Shown here one piece after another: positions 21,801-34,224 of a stretch of DNA of 64,000 bases. Origin of the DNA: Trichosphaerium sp. ATCC 40318. Its lineage: Eukaryota > Protista > Tubulinea. The DNA is taken from NCBI GenBank assembly GCA_038496445.1, contig JALMLS010000344.1:62001-126000 (forward strand), read 5' to 3'. Position 1 is the stretch's first letter, and every line of letters starts with the position of its first letter. The notes under the pieces are model-generated. The model was not told where the DNA came from. It did no database searches and saw only the letters and a list, made by a program, of their open reading frames with translations. Both the position numbers and the translations under genes were made by a program.

Positions 21801-24800
21801 TTTATCGCTTCATCAAAAGTGCTAGTTTGATGAAATTTCTCAACCAAATCGTTGAATGGTATCTCTTTATCCTATCCCACACCAGTTAAAATCACATTTA
21901 ATATAATCTACGCTTACCTTCCCTACTATGCATATGCGTTCACATTTGATAGCAACATAATCATTTAGAAGACTGTCAACAATTTCAATAACCTCTGAAA
22001 AAATATATCTGACTTTCAGCCTATTTATAAAAAAGTTAGTCTACCCCTTACTATTACTTTAGACACCAACGTACTGGACAGATTGTGGTCCCCACGCCTT
22101 TATAGTTAACTCTTTTAATACAGGATTTATAGAAATCAAACACTTCTCCTGACTACAAGACGTTCATTAGAACAGATGGAAAATTAAAAAAAGCAGTTAA
22201 AAGTGAGTTTGTAATCAAAGCAAACTTACTTGGCGGTATTATTTGAACTTCCCCGGATAAGAGCCCGAGACTTCCACACATGACATAGGTGTTCATAAGC
22301 ATAAAGTAATCGGCTAAGCAACTAAATATAGTGTCAGATAAAGAATGAAACACAAATTAACATACTCTGTGGAACAAATTTTCTGGCAATGCAACGCGAT
22401 CCCTTGTAGATCTGAAACGATATAAACGGACTATTCTTGATTCTGCTGCATCGATTTCTTCCACATGTGACCAAAGAAGACTCGGTACAAAACTGTGGTG
22501 AATGTCTAAATAAAAAGTATAAACTAACGAATGAGATGTAGAAGTAAAGGGTACCTTTACAAACTTCTACTAGACCAAATTTTTCGAACATGCGAATCAA
22601 GTGAACGTGAATAGATGGAGGATATATGTTTTTATCCCATACAGAACGCAGGTTTTCATGTGGTAAAAGGGCATTGCCTTTTTGGTACATGAATAAACAG
22701 AACACTTTAATAAATTTGTTTTGGGCGTACTGATAAAAATATCTTTTCCAAGGCTTGTAATCACGTCCATTGAGTTATTCTACGGTAATATTAAGAAAAC
22801 ACCTTAAACTTAGTAAATTTAAACCAAATCATACCAGCCACTCTCTATCAAGTACGATCAAGTCACGCAGTTTATCCTAAAACAAAATTAGGAATATTTC
22901 AAGAATATTGAACAAAGAGGTCTTTTTTTGTCTCAGTGGAGCTTACAAGATCGAACCAAATGATGATACCAATACCATGAAGGAATCTAGCTATATCTGC
23001 TACATAAGCAGTTGGTACAACTTGAAAAGCAATAAACTCATCCCAAGTAAGAAAAGGTTTTTCCTTTTTTTTTTCATGAAGTTTCTGAGCCAACTCTCGA
23101 TAATGGTGCTTAACCATAAAGTGTTTGTTATCATAAGTCAATTCAGGTGATGATTTCCTTCCTCTTGATCTTCTAGGTCCTTGTGGTACTGATTTTGACA
23201 CGTTAACATATTTCTCCTTTACAACGTCCAATATCGCTTCTTGAAGCGCTTGGTCTTTGAAGCAGACTGTTAGCTCAAAAGTTTGTTGTCTCTAAAAAAG
23301 TAGCTTTCCGTACTAGAAATTTCGCCATCTTCTTTGCTGACATAGACAAATTTGGGATTGTGCTTATCTGGATCTCCAGCAGGAGTATACATTTCAATAC
23401 CTAATAGATATAAAAAAAACTAAACAAACAACTTTTTGCTTCCTAAGCGTACGTCTCCGTCTAGGTACTGTTCCTTTATTTGGAAAAGCAAAACTCTCTT
23501 TTTCTTCTTGAATGATTATTGGTATCATGTACGTTTTAGGAAGTTCTGATTCATGCCTATCTTTCAAATAAGCCTTTTTTTTTTTTTTTTCGATTTCATT
23601 CGATATGTTCATTTTAAACTAACGCACGTGTTTGATGGCATGAAAGAAACCGGAGAAGATGATATACGATCAAGCCATTTTCGAAGTCGATCACAAAAAG
23701 CCACATTATCTTTTGTCTCTTGAGGTGTGAAAGCATACAAATAGACTGTTGCTCCACCCAAGAAATACCGATACGCCTCCTTTGACTGAAAGGCAATTAA
23801 TATAAATGCTTACCAAAGTGTTTCTAATCTCTACGCGTACGTCTATTAACAAGTTAATACACAGGAAATAAAGTAAAGGAGAATCCCGTACAAGTTGAGG
23901 TAATATCACAAACAGTAAAATTAAATCCTTCCCAAGTTACATGAGTTATATCTACGCCTGCAACCTCTTCGTCTATATGGCGGTAATCACTAGCACGTAT
24001 ACAATTCATTATATGGGTAGTATCAGCCTAATAATATGAGCACAAAGAATCAAGGAAAAAAACGGAAACAAATAAGAAAATGAAAAGATAACTTCTAAAG
24101 AACGTACGTCTTCACCGCCAATAAGAACTACCCGGAAATGTTTCCATGGTGATTCCAGACTCATACTTTTTGTTCTTTTTGAACTGCTGTATACGAGTAT
24201 TATATTATAATTACATCACGTGATAAAACTCGATACGAGAAAAAAAGCCGTACAATGCTCTCTTGGTTTTAGATGAAGAAATGAGTACTGTTTTAATGTT
24301 CAATTCGTCGGATATGCAACCAGGATGAAGCGTATTCCCTTGAAGATCTAAATGCTTCAAGTTAGGCATACGCTCTAAACTTGCAAGTAAATCCAATGGT
24401 AAACGGTCCATGGCATTGTTACTCAGATTAAGAGATGTCACTGACGAACTCAGCCTTAAGATTTCATTAGAGAGGCAAATCTGATATCACCTTAAACGTT
24501 TGTACCTATGTAATGGAAAGTATCGCATTAAGCCATTAGACAAGTCAAGAGAAACTGAAGCTAAACAAATAAACAAATAAGTTTTTAAGAATCATATCAT
24601 TGTTAAAACTTCTTTTTTGAGCCTACACGCATCACTCGTAACAGCTTCTAACCAAGTGGCTACTTCATCACATTTAAATTTTTTGGCTCGTCCCCAAGCG
24701 TCCTAAGTGGTACTTAACAACAAAAGACCATTGCTTGGCTTGTCTTGTACACGTGTTGCGTTTGCTAAAATATCCACTTTTTCATCCAGTAGTCTGCCAA

Positions 24801-27359
24801 CAAGTGCGATATGATTCTCTCCAACACTTGACAACAAAAGTCCACGCATAAGCCTCGTCTATTGTCAACAACCAATGAGTATAAACCAGTATTCCAGCAA
24901 CTATACGTTTTTTAACACGTACGTCTATTTCAACTAAATTTGCTGTTGAAAAAATCTTGTTATTGAAGCACATGCGTTGTATTTTTGTTACCTAAAACCG
25001 GTAAGTTAAGAAAATCTAAGTTTTGCCGGACACAAAAATGTCTTACGTTTTCATGTTCTATCCTTTTTGGTAGCCTTCCAAGGCTTGTCAAAGTCGTTGA
25101 AAATCTCACTTGTTCGCATATACTTTTAAAGCAATCTTTAGGTAGATCACAGTCTCCAATATTCATTTTAACAAGTGAATTACTGTTAGTTATCAACATC
25201 GATATTGCTTCAATATCCTCACACGAGTTAGAATCAATTACACTAACGTTCCGGATCAAAAAAAATTTTAAAAGGAAAAACGAAAAGATAGGTACAAGAT
25301 TGCTTAATTTCCACTTAAGTATGCCTAGTTCTTTCAAAGATGTAGAAGCTCTCAATAGCCTTATAACATCTTCTGATTGTCCAGCACTTCTACCAATATC
25401 CAAAACTCTCAACGAGTTATTCTGTTCGAGCAAAGAAGCCAAATAGTTTACTCCTTTTGAAGTTATGTCATTTGTTTCCTAACAACTTGCTTAGTCTCAG
25501 ACATTCCTATAATTTCGCAATCCGTACAAGGTCAAGCTTCTTTAGTGTATTGTTATGTTGTAGATTCGTAGTTATAGCTTCTACTCCTTCACTCTGAGCG
25601 TTGTTTCGAGCAAGATTAAGTTCTTTAAGAACAGTATTTCTTACTAGTCCTTTCGATAGTTCTGCCACGCCTAGCTTTCTAGTTAATCAATAATCGTGTT
25701 TAATGTGAAACTATGTACCTTTTGGACCTAGCTCGCAATTTGATACGTCCAGATGAGTCAAGGATGAGCTGACTTTCAGAAATTCTGCCAAATGTTTTGC
25801 TGCCTGTTGAATGTTGTTAAAAAGTGCTAGCAAAGTTTCACAAACCTTGCAACTCAGTATATTACTAGACAGAGTTAATATTCTTAGTCGCTCCCTAGAT
25901 ATATTTGATAAGCTATCAAAGAATGTAGGTTCATCCAATCCAGTATCATCGAGGTGGAGAGCGCTGCAAAAAAAATGTTAAAAAATTGTTGTGTTTAAAC
26001 GCGAGAAAGGTTACGTTAAAGATGTGTTCTTTTCCAGTGCAAGTATAATATGTTTTACGCCTATATTACCCCCTTCATTCTTTGATAGATTCAACTCTCT
26101 TAGAGTGTAATTTCTAGGAAACAAAGTCGCCAGCCCGGAGAATCCGCGTACAATGTTAGTGTTCGAAATATCAAGAACTTGAAGGCAAGTATTTTCTTGC
26201 AATCCCTACGCAATTCAGTAAGTTTAAGGTATCACAAACTACTTCTAACAGTTGATATCATTATGCCACCTTCATTATCGAGGTTTCCACTGACTTTTAG
26301 CTCAGTCAGTGAGGCGAAGGGTAAGCATTCTGAGAATATTTTAATGCATTCTTCATTGTTAAAGTAGCCAATATTTAAAGTTGCCAAAGACTTGTTTTTC
26401 TGCAACGCGTTTGCGAGTTTTGTCACTGAATTTTTATCTAATGTATTGTTTTCAACGTTGAGGTTACTGAGCGTTGTATTCAGACCAACTGCATCGAAGA
26501 CAGCACCAATATCATCAATACTAAAAAAAGAAACAACGTCAACATCTAAAAAAAGAAGTTTTGTTCTTGATCTCACGTGTTTGTCTTTCTTTTTGTATTC
26601 GAAGATATGTCTATGCTTGTAAGAGATATAGTATGTGATAGTACATGTGTAAGAAGCTTTGCATTCCCACAGAGATGAGATTTTCTCAAATTTAATGTTT
26701 CTAGAGTTGGTAATGCTCCAAAAAACGAAAATAGCTCCAACACCAACTACCAAGTTAATAAAAGTGAACAAAAATAGTTTTTTAAGTACCTGACTAGTAC
26801 CAGCACTAGCAGTATCGAGCGATTGATCAAGCGTGACGAATGACAAGTCGATACATGTTAGCCAAGTAACTGTTTTTTGTATTTTCGAAATAAAACCGCT
26901 CAAAGACGGTAGAGTTATCTTCAATCTATCCAAAAGTAACTCTTTGACATCACTGGCCTAATGATTGTAAGTAGGAGTAATCAGTGTACAATGAGCCAGG
27001 CATTACTTCATAAATGTGCTCTGATAGCCACTCTATAATGTCAGAATCACCCGCTGCTTTGTTCGTGCGCAGAAAATCGAAAAAAGCCTGAACAAGAAGT
27101 ATCAGCGATTAACGCTACTCGGAAGCATTACCTTCTCAAGTTTACAACAATGGTGGGTAGCATTTGGTCCAAAAAGCCTATCACGTGATTTTAATAAAAA
27201 CCATAAAAATACAACCATAGAATCTCAACTGGTACGCACTTGACTTTGTGTTGGCACTCTCTAACTGAAAAGGAGTACCCTAAAAACGTTATTATTTTTA
27301 TAGTTCCCTCTAGAGTTTTATATGGTACCTCGCCGGTAACTCCAACGTAACCTCCTCAT
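18824..27359 (-). CDS. Roco-family kinase: CARMIL-type/RNI-like LRRs - degenerate Roc - COR - kinase - WD40-like
   Basis: Many LxxLxLxxN repeats (NTTLSNLNVENN, NTVLKELNLARN). COR: ARFLHGIGIIIWF, DFIVLDREW, LIRMFEKFGL. Kinase: AEGGFGKVY, IAVKEL, HRDLRSPNVF, GDFGLA, WQAPE, KSDIYSYG. WD-like: IWTGCYDGRL, IITADRDGCIYVW. Start uncertain. Confidence 0.88.
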
Positions 27360-27399
27360 ACAACTAATGTTTTGAGGGCGATAATGGGCTGTGAATTGA

Positions 27400-28420
27400 A
27401 ATAAGCTCAAAGAACAGGGTGGACCGGTTTTAGTTTATGACCAAAACTAGACGTAGTACTATAGGGGAATTGTTGTCTGGTGAAGGAAGTATTACATCGA
27501 TAACATTAGGTAAATAGAAACAAGGAAAGTGTTAGGTTTAGCAAGTTGTGTTTATTTAATGTTACTTTTATCACAAATACGTCATATCATACTGGTTTTC
27601 GTGTGAACGATAGTGATCGCTATTGCTGTTCTGTGGTTATGTGTACTACTCTAGATCCTTCTATAGAAGGTGCCATCATAGCTTTAAAAAAAAGTACATT
27701 AGCTTGTACACAAATATGCTTGATGTACCTCATAACCTTCAAGTAGCCACTGAGTACATTGTAAAAGCCAAGTAAGATGAGTAAGTTATATCACGTGCTC
27801 CCATAAGGATATCGTGAAAATGAGTTTAGTGTACTTTTGGCTAGCTGTTTTGAATTTAGTTGAAAAGGCAGGTCAATTCCAGCTGTAGTTTGGATGAAGT
27901 AACGTGACGAATCTAGGGAAACATTTAAAGATCCCTGAGCCTCCATCACCAGCTATTTGTTCCTTGGATAGCGTACCAATTTACCGTTGCCAATTAAACA
28001 CAAATCTAACTCAGGTAGAAATCTTGATTTGTTCAAAAAAGCAGTACTTACATCCAGCGGATTTGTCAATTGCAGTTTGTCTTTTAACTCTGTCAAATAC
28101 TGAAATTGATTTGATGTATTCCACCAAAATCCAGATTGATGTTTGAACCTTGGCTCGCTGTTTTGCAAGTTAGGTCAAAAAAACCAAGAATAAAATGTCA
28201 CCTTTTTTGAAAATTTAAAGGTTCCTCTCCGTACTTATCATCCCACTCAAATTCAGGATATATGGAATCTGAGCATGCTCAATATGGATGCTGGTACCCC
28301 ATGAGACATCAATAATTCTATTGATATACCAAACCAATCATCAAGAGTTGTGAAATACAATTTTTCACCAGTCCTTTCAACATGCTCGCGCTTATCTCCG
28401 ATCACGTGACTAGACAACAT
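27400..28420 (-). pseudogene. Decayed coding segment with two copies of a Trp-patterned repeat (GFW..N..L...L....DWY..YP..W), co-oriented with and directly upstream of the Roco gene
   Basis: Fragments KLYFTTLDDWFGIS, IYPEFEWDD, FKHQSGFWWNTSNQFQYLTELKDKLQLTNPLD, WYA/SKEQIAGDGGSGIF..LHPNYSWN*PAF. Joining them needs frameshifts near 28265 and 27965, and there is an in-frame TGA at 27873-27875. Confidence 0.5.
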
Positions 28421-28568
28421 TCGAGCGTCAGGTTGGTTTTGTAACTTATAACGTTAGATTGAAGATAAAAAAACAAAGATGCTATACCCATTGTTTACCG
28501 GGCGAAATGCACAAAAAACGGGTTCAACGATTTTCAACATAACGGCCGATCTAACAGCGATAGACAGT

Positions 28569-29438
28569 ATGGCCTATCAATACCCTACTAATTACCAACA
28601 GGGTTACAACCCTGGCGCATACGCTGCGCAACCCCAATACCAGTACGGTGGTCAACAACCAATGTACCCACAGGGCCAGCCAATGGCCCAACCGATGGGT
28701 CAGCCAGGTTATGGGGGATACCCAGGTATTTAGAAAACCACAACTTTCTAAACGCTTATTATTTAACCAGGTGGAGCGCCTATGCATCATCAAGGAGCAC
28801 CAGGTGGACCTATGGGCGCGCCAAGTCCTTACGGCAACCAAAACCAACGTACGTTCATTTATTTTAACTACGCTAATTTATTGTAGACGTTAAAATGACA
28901 GTTGGTGGTACGCACGCCAAAATTAAAAATTCAGTTGTGTTTCACAAGTTTTGTCGTTAAATACATCCAAAAACGCAAAACCATCTTGCCTTGTTGCCCA
29001 ATGCGTTAGAAAATTTTGTTTAACACATTTTCAGGTCATGGTGGTAACATGAAAGGCGGAAAAGGCTATGGTAACAAAGGCTACGGTGGCAGCTACGGAG
29101 GTTCGTTAAAACTATTTATAGTGAAGCTACAACTCGAATTTTGAGATTTTCTGGTTTTTTTTTCTTCTGTGAACGCAGTGCCTCAACAGCGGCCTGACAC
29201 CGTTGTAGGTAACAAATACGGCCGTGGATATGGCGGCGGCTATGGACATGGCGTACAACATGTATCTGTTAAGCGTAAGGGCTACAAACAAAAGAAATTT
29301 AAAGGCGGAAAGAAGTTTAAAGGTGGAAAGAAGTTCAAGGGTGGAAAATACAAAGCCAAGAAATTCAAAGGCGGCAAGAAGTTCAAGGGTGGAAAGAAAT
29401 TCAAGGGTCGTAAGTACAAGGGAAAATTCAAGTGGTAA
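28569..29438 (+). CDS. Gly/Pro/Gln/Tyr-rich protein with a C-terminal (GGKKFK)n cationic tail, GPRP-like architecture
   Basis: Four exons: MAYQYPTNYQQGYNPGAY.../GAPMHHQGAPGG.../HGGNMKGGKGYG.../NKYGRGYGGGYGHG..KKFKGGKKFKGGKKFKGGKYKAKKFKGGKKFKGGKKFKGRKYKGKFKW*. Codon usage is strongly biased. Confidence 0.8.
29292..29435 (+). repeat. 18-nt coding tandem repeat encoding GGKKFK
   Basis: GG(C/T)GG(A/C)AAGAA(G/A)TT(C/T)AA(A/G) units with synonymous variation. Confidence 0.85.
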
Positions 29439-30132
29439 ATGTACTTTACAAGTTAAACGTCACAAAGCACGTAACATAATCAAAGACGTTAAAATAAAAC
29501 TGAAAAAATGCTGGCCAAGTCGGGTCAAAATTTAACAATTACAAACGCAGTCTTCAGAGTCAGAGCCATTACGTAATGAGTATGTTGTTTTCTTAAACTC
29601 ACTTTTGTTCTCAAACTAACCTACAGTCTTGCTGTGATGCCCTGTGCGTATAGTTGAGTGTCACGCAAGCTGCAGAGTTGAGAAATAGTACTAACAGCAT
29701 GAAATGGTCTAATAGAACTTAGGTGATTCAGAGGAAGAACCTCTGGAGCCTACTACGCCACCTACGCCTAAAAAGCGTATTGAAAGCGTAATTCACTACC
29801 AAAAAAATATATGGTCGTTTGGAGCGAAGCTTTTGGTTGGTTTTGGAGGTGCGTTAGCACTGCTTGTGTTAATTGTACCCCCATACAGAGAATTAGCCGA
29901 ACGGTTTCTAGATTACTTGTTTCCACTCCCTGTCGAAACATTTTAGTAACCGTAGCATACTTGGGCCCTTCAGAAAAACAAAATGTCAATTAGTACAAAA
30001 ATTGGTTGTAACTAGTTACGCCCATTGTAAATAATACAACGCCATGTTCCTTCTTACTGTTTTTGCACTTCCTTATAAACTTGTTACTTATCACTCGCGC
30101 AAAGGGGAACTTACACAACGCTACAAGTCCTA

Positions 30133-32190
30133 ATGGCAGAAAATTCCAACTCTGAACCAGTGAAGAAGGATAACAATGCGTTACGCCAACTCATTTTGGC
30201 TGTACAGCGAAATACAACACTTACCCCTAGGGAAAAGGCCAGAAAGATACAAGTACCGACAAGCGTAGTACTACACATTTATTAATGTAATTCTCTACAG
30301 GATTTAATGACGGCGTCCTATCGTGCCTCTGCACAAGATAGTAGCCATGGCAACGCACAAAAACCTCCTTCAGTCTCAATGCGGGTAAGTAACGTTTTTC
30401 GGAGCTATACACGACGTAACTGCTTGTGGCATTGCTTAGGCGTGTTATTTCAGCACCTGTCTTTTTCTCTGAGATTGTTGTACAACACCACTAACTACCT
30501 GAAAGGATGATGGCGAAATGGGTTGTAGCCATTATTATCGCGGTTGTATGATAAAAGCGAATTGCTGTGGCAGCTTTTACCCATGTCGCTTCTGTCATGA
30601 CGCGGATCAAGACCACAAGATAGACAGGTACGCTATAAACCTATTCTTGTTTTGGGCAAATTCTTCCCAGCAGCGCATCCCTTAATACACCCACAATAAC
30701 TCGCCTTACGCCATGCCTTACATAAAACATCGTAACGTAACGTTTACGCCACCATTGAAAAAACGGCGAATATTATCTGTATTTTCTTTATTGTTCAATA
30801 ACTCACCTCGTTTACGCCTAGATATGCGACAAAGGAGATGTTTTGCTTTTATTGCAAGCGTACAGGTAAATTCCCGAAAAGCCAACGAAAACTTTGTGTT
30901 TACGCCCGTTTTTTCTTTAAAGGACCTATTGCGAAGGAGTGTGTACATTGTAAACAAGTTTTGGCTTCATATTACTGCCCTACGTGTAAATTTCATGATA
31001 ATACACCAGGAAAGAATATCTATCATTGTGATCAGTGCGGCTTGTGTCGTGTCGGTAAGTATTCTCATAACTGCTCTTTTTACTTTTTATTGTGTAATTT
31101 GGGTGTATAGGAAAAGGATTAGGTATAGATTTTAAGCACTGTAATTCTTGTGGAACTTGTATAGACATCTCGTGCGTTTTGTTAATTTTCTTTGATGCTT
31201 TTTTTTTTTGCTTTTTTTTTTGGCGTTTATTTTCTGCTCTACCTCTGAAGAGGCCTAACTTTTAATGTTGTAGTATTTTTTATAATCATAAGTGTATTGA
31301 AAGAAACATGAAGTCAAACTGCCCTGTCTGTACTGAATTTCTATTTACATCTGTTAAACCAGTGTCTATTCTAAATTGTGGACATATGATGCATGTTCAC
31401 TGCTTGAAGGAGTACCAACGAGTAAACTATACGTGTCCTATTTGTAATAAGTCTATGTGGTACGTCAGAGCGGATTTTTTGTTGCTGTGCATTTTAAAAA
31501 CATCGTTTATTAATGTAACACTCAAACAAGGTTTTTCTTTTCGTTTGTTGATTGCCAGGAAAATCTCATTATTTTCTCACTATTTTTTTTTTCGAACCTC
31601 TCGAGTCTCTTTGTTGTCAGCTTTGTTTTATTTTTATCGTATTGTTTTTTGAAGTGGTTTTTCTCTTTCTTTGCTTATGTTTAAATAGTGATATGTCAAG
31701 CCAATGGGTTCAACAAGAATTTTTAATTAAAATGCATCAAATGCCTGAAGAGTTTGCAGATACAACTGTTTGTATAATGTGTAATGATTGTAATGTAAAG
31801 GCTACTGTGCCTTATCACTTTGTTGGACATAAATGTGCTAAATGTGGTGGGTTTAACACACGAGTACTAGAGCGGTTTAACATGCCACCACCAGAAGTTT
31901 TTATGGTACGTTTCCCATTCGTTTTGTCTGTTAAGATATATTCTGTTTAACGTATGCTTGTGTGTACTCATATTTATAAACAGGGTTCAGTCCAACAGTT
32001 TAATCAAGATGTACATAATGGAGGCACACCTGGAAGTGCGTGGAACAGAAAAACTGTTGTCTTTTTTTCGTATAAAATTTACGCGTTCTAACTTTGCTGT
32101 TAAGTGCTTATGGATCTCGAACCTGATGTTGACGAGGAGGACGAATCTGATGAAGATGAATTCGAAGCCATGATTGACGAGGATGAATAA
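30133..32190 (+). CDS. RCHY1: CHY zinc finger / RING-H2 E3 ligase (Pirh2-like)
   Basis: GCSHYYRGCMIKANCC..YPCRFCHD, YYCPTCKFHD..IYHCDQCGLCRVG, HKCIERNMKSNCPVCTEFLFTS..CGHMMHVHC..YTCPICNKS, IMCNDC..YHFVGHKCAKCGGFNTR. Confidence 0.93.
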
Positions 32191-32579
32191 ATAAATGACT
32201 TGTAGAATAATAGCTGTTTTTGTTGCTTTCCACCACAATTCACACGGAATTCTTTAATCTAATGGTATATAGTGTAACTAATGCTTATAATACCTAAGAC
32301 CCCGAATAATACAAAGCCACCAACTGGTGACCATCACGAGATTCATAAAGGCGTTAGACTTATTTTTTTTGTGCAAAATCAATCAGGCGCTTTGCCGAAT
32401 GCTCTGGTTGTCGATAAAAATGCAAGCTTCTAGACTTTCAATCAGTAAGTAATATAGTGCCACTGAAGGTCATACGAGAAAGGTAATGGACTTTTAGAGT
32501 CACAAAAAGGAGCATGCATCATATAATTTATTTACATTTCTAAAGTACAAGTTTTGGTATTTTTTTGCTGTTGGTAAAC

Positions 32580-33209
32580 TCAGTCGTTGTCAATAGGTTC
32601 TACTGACCCATAGTGGATTTCGTGTACGTGTGATAAGTATATTGTTTTTTCATGCGGAGCTCTTTGTGGATCAATCACAAGCGGTTCTTTACTTGCAGAA
32701 GAGAATATTACAATCCTACATCTGAACATTTCTGCAAAAGAGAACAATGTTAGTTGATCTCCCCAAGTTCCATCCTTCGCCATATAATCGCAATATTTTT
32801 TCCATGACGAATGACGATCTCTTTCCAAAAAGTGCTTTAGTTTAGCTCCATTTGGTAGCACGTGATTTGAGTTTTTCCTCATCCAATTTGTAATAATCTC
32901 TCTAAGTTTACCATGTAATTCCTTGTCATCCCAAACTTGATCACACAGAGCAGAGAATTGACAGTTTCCATCTGCTTCGATTTTTGTTCTAGGTCTCATG
33001 TAATAACACTTTAATCGATCTTGAAGTGTTTTTTCTTTTTGTTGGTACGGTGTAAGACGTTCGAATTGTGGTTCTGTATCGTATTCTTCATCATCTGAGT
33101 CGTTTATCTTTGGTCCGAGTGAAAAGACCTTAAAGTCATCGAATTCATCCCAAAAACTTGTAGGGGTTGTTTGATGCGTATGGGGAAAGAAAAAATTGTG
33201 TAATAGCAT
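32580..33209 (-). CDS. OTU-family deubiquitinase, intronless
   Basis: Catalytic loop IEADGNCQFSAL, GTWGDQLTL, and His loop HEIHYGSV. Confidence 0.9.
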   Translation of the reverse strand: MLLHNFFFPHTHQTTPTSFWDEFDDFKVFSLGPKINDSDDEEYDTEPQFERLTPYQQKEKTLQDRLKCYYMRPRTKIEADGNCQFSALCDQVWDDKELHGKLREIITNWMRKNSNHVLPNGAKLKHFLERDRHSSWKKYCDYMAKDGTWGDQLTLFSFAEMFRCRIVIFSSASKEPLVIDPQRAPHEKTIYLSHVHEIHYGSVEPIDND

Positions 33210-34224
33210 AGTTTTGTTGTATCTTTCGTAGTGACGTTAAAAAAGTGTGCCGAAAAACTGTGAAATTCCACTCAAAGAATGGAATACTCAATGACTTTTT
33301 TCTGTTGATTTTCAAAAAAAACTGTTCTAAATTGTTGTTAAGGTTATCAGATGTTCGTTACAACAAAACCGAAATTGCTGTTCGAAAAAATTTATGGAGT
33401 TTCTGTGAAATCTCAAATAAATTTCATTTCGAACGACAATCCTTTTGCAAGTAGCTAAGCCTGCAAGTAGATAGTTAACGGATTCTACTACTATATCAGG
33501 GCGCATTACTGATTCCGTTATTGTAGCTTAGTGCCAGCTGACAAAGCTTCACGATGGGTTGGAATACTCTGCAAACAGCCTTCTAGAAATAACAGCACCA
33601 GAACATGCTATACCACGAAAGTGTTTGAGAACCTCTCACACTAAAGCTTGCGTAGCGAGTAACACTAACTTAGATTGCACAAACCCAAAAATATCACAAG
33701 TTGGGTAGAATCTGTTGATCAACTTTATGAGCAAAAAAGAGCAATTTGGAAATTCCGTTTTGGCCAAAATTAGATCATATGTCTTTATACAGACTACTCG
33801 CAACAACTTTTGTTCGGCAGTATTTAAATGTCGTGTAGTTGTTGTAGTTTCTTGATATTACGAGGTACGCTTACGCGCAATCCCAATAGTTGCACTCGTT
33901 TAAAGGCTATAAAGGAATCGACAGAAAAAGCGCCAAATTAGTTTTTTTTAGCGCGGTTCGCTACAAAACGTAGTTCGCGTAGTCTCCTGCATTGTATACG
34001 TTTTACGCTGTTTTCACGCGACAAATGACATTCTTAATTTAAATACTTGATTTTGTCATTCTTTCTCAAGAATTGTTCAAATCGCTACAAATAGTTGTGT
34101 TAGGAACCACACTGCGTGTTTGAGTAAGACTTAAAAATAAAACCGAGAAACTCGTGAAGCAAAAACTACACGAGTTTCAAAAACTCATAAACCATCTACT
34201 CGAACCAACTAAACCACACCTCCA

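Noticed and set aside
27873-27875. In-frame TGA at a Trp-like position suggesting stop-codon reassignment or selenocysteine
   Set aside because: TGA is a normal terminator in intact genes here (OTU, CENP-P-like, ANK-kinase), and this segment has other disablements, so decay is the simpler explanation.
29590-30050. Possible small minus-strand gene between the GPRP-like and RCHY1 genes
   Set aside because: Splice-like signals exist, but I could not build a stop-free model or recognise a domain.
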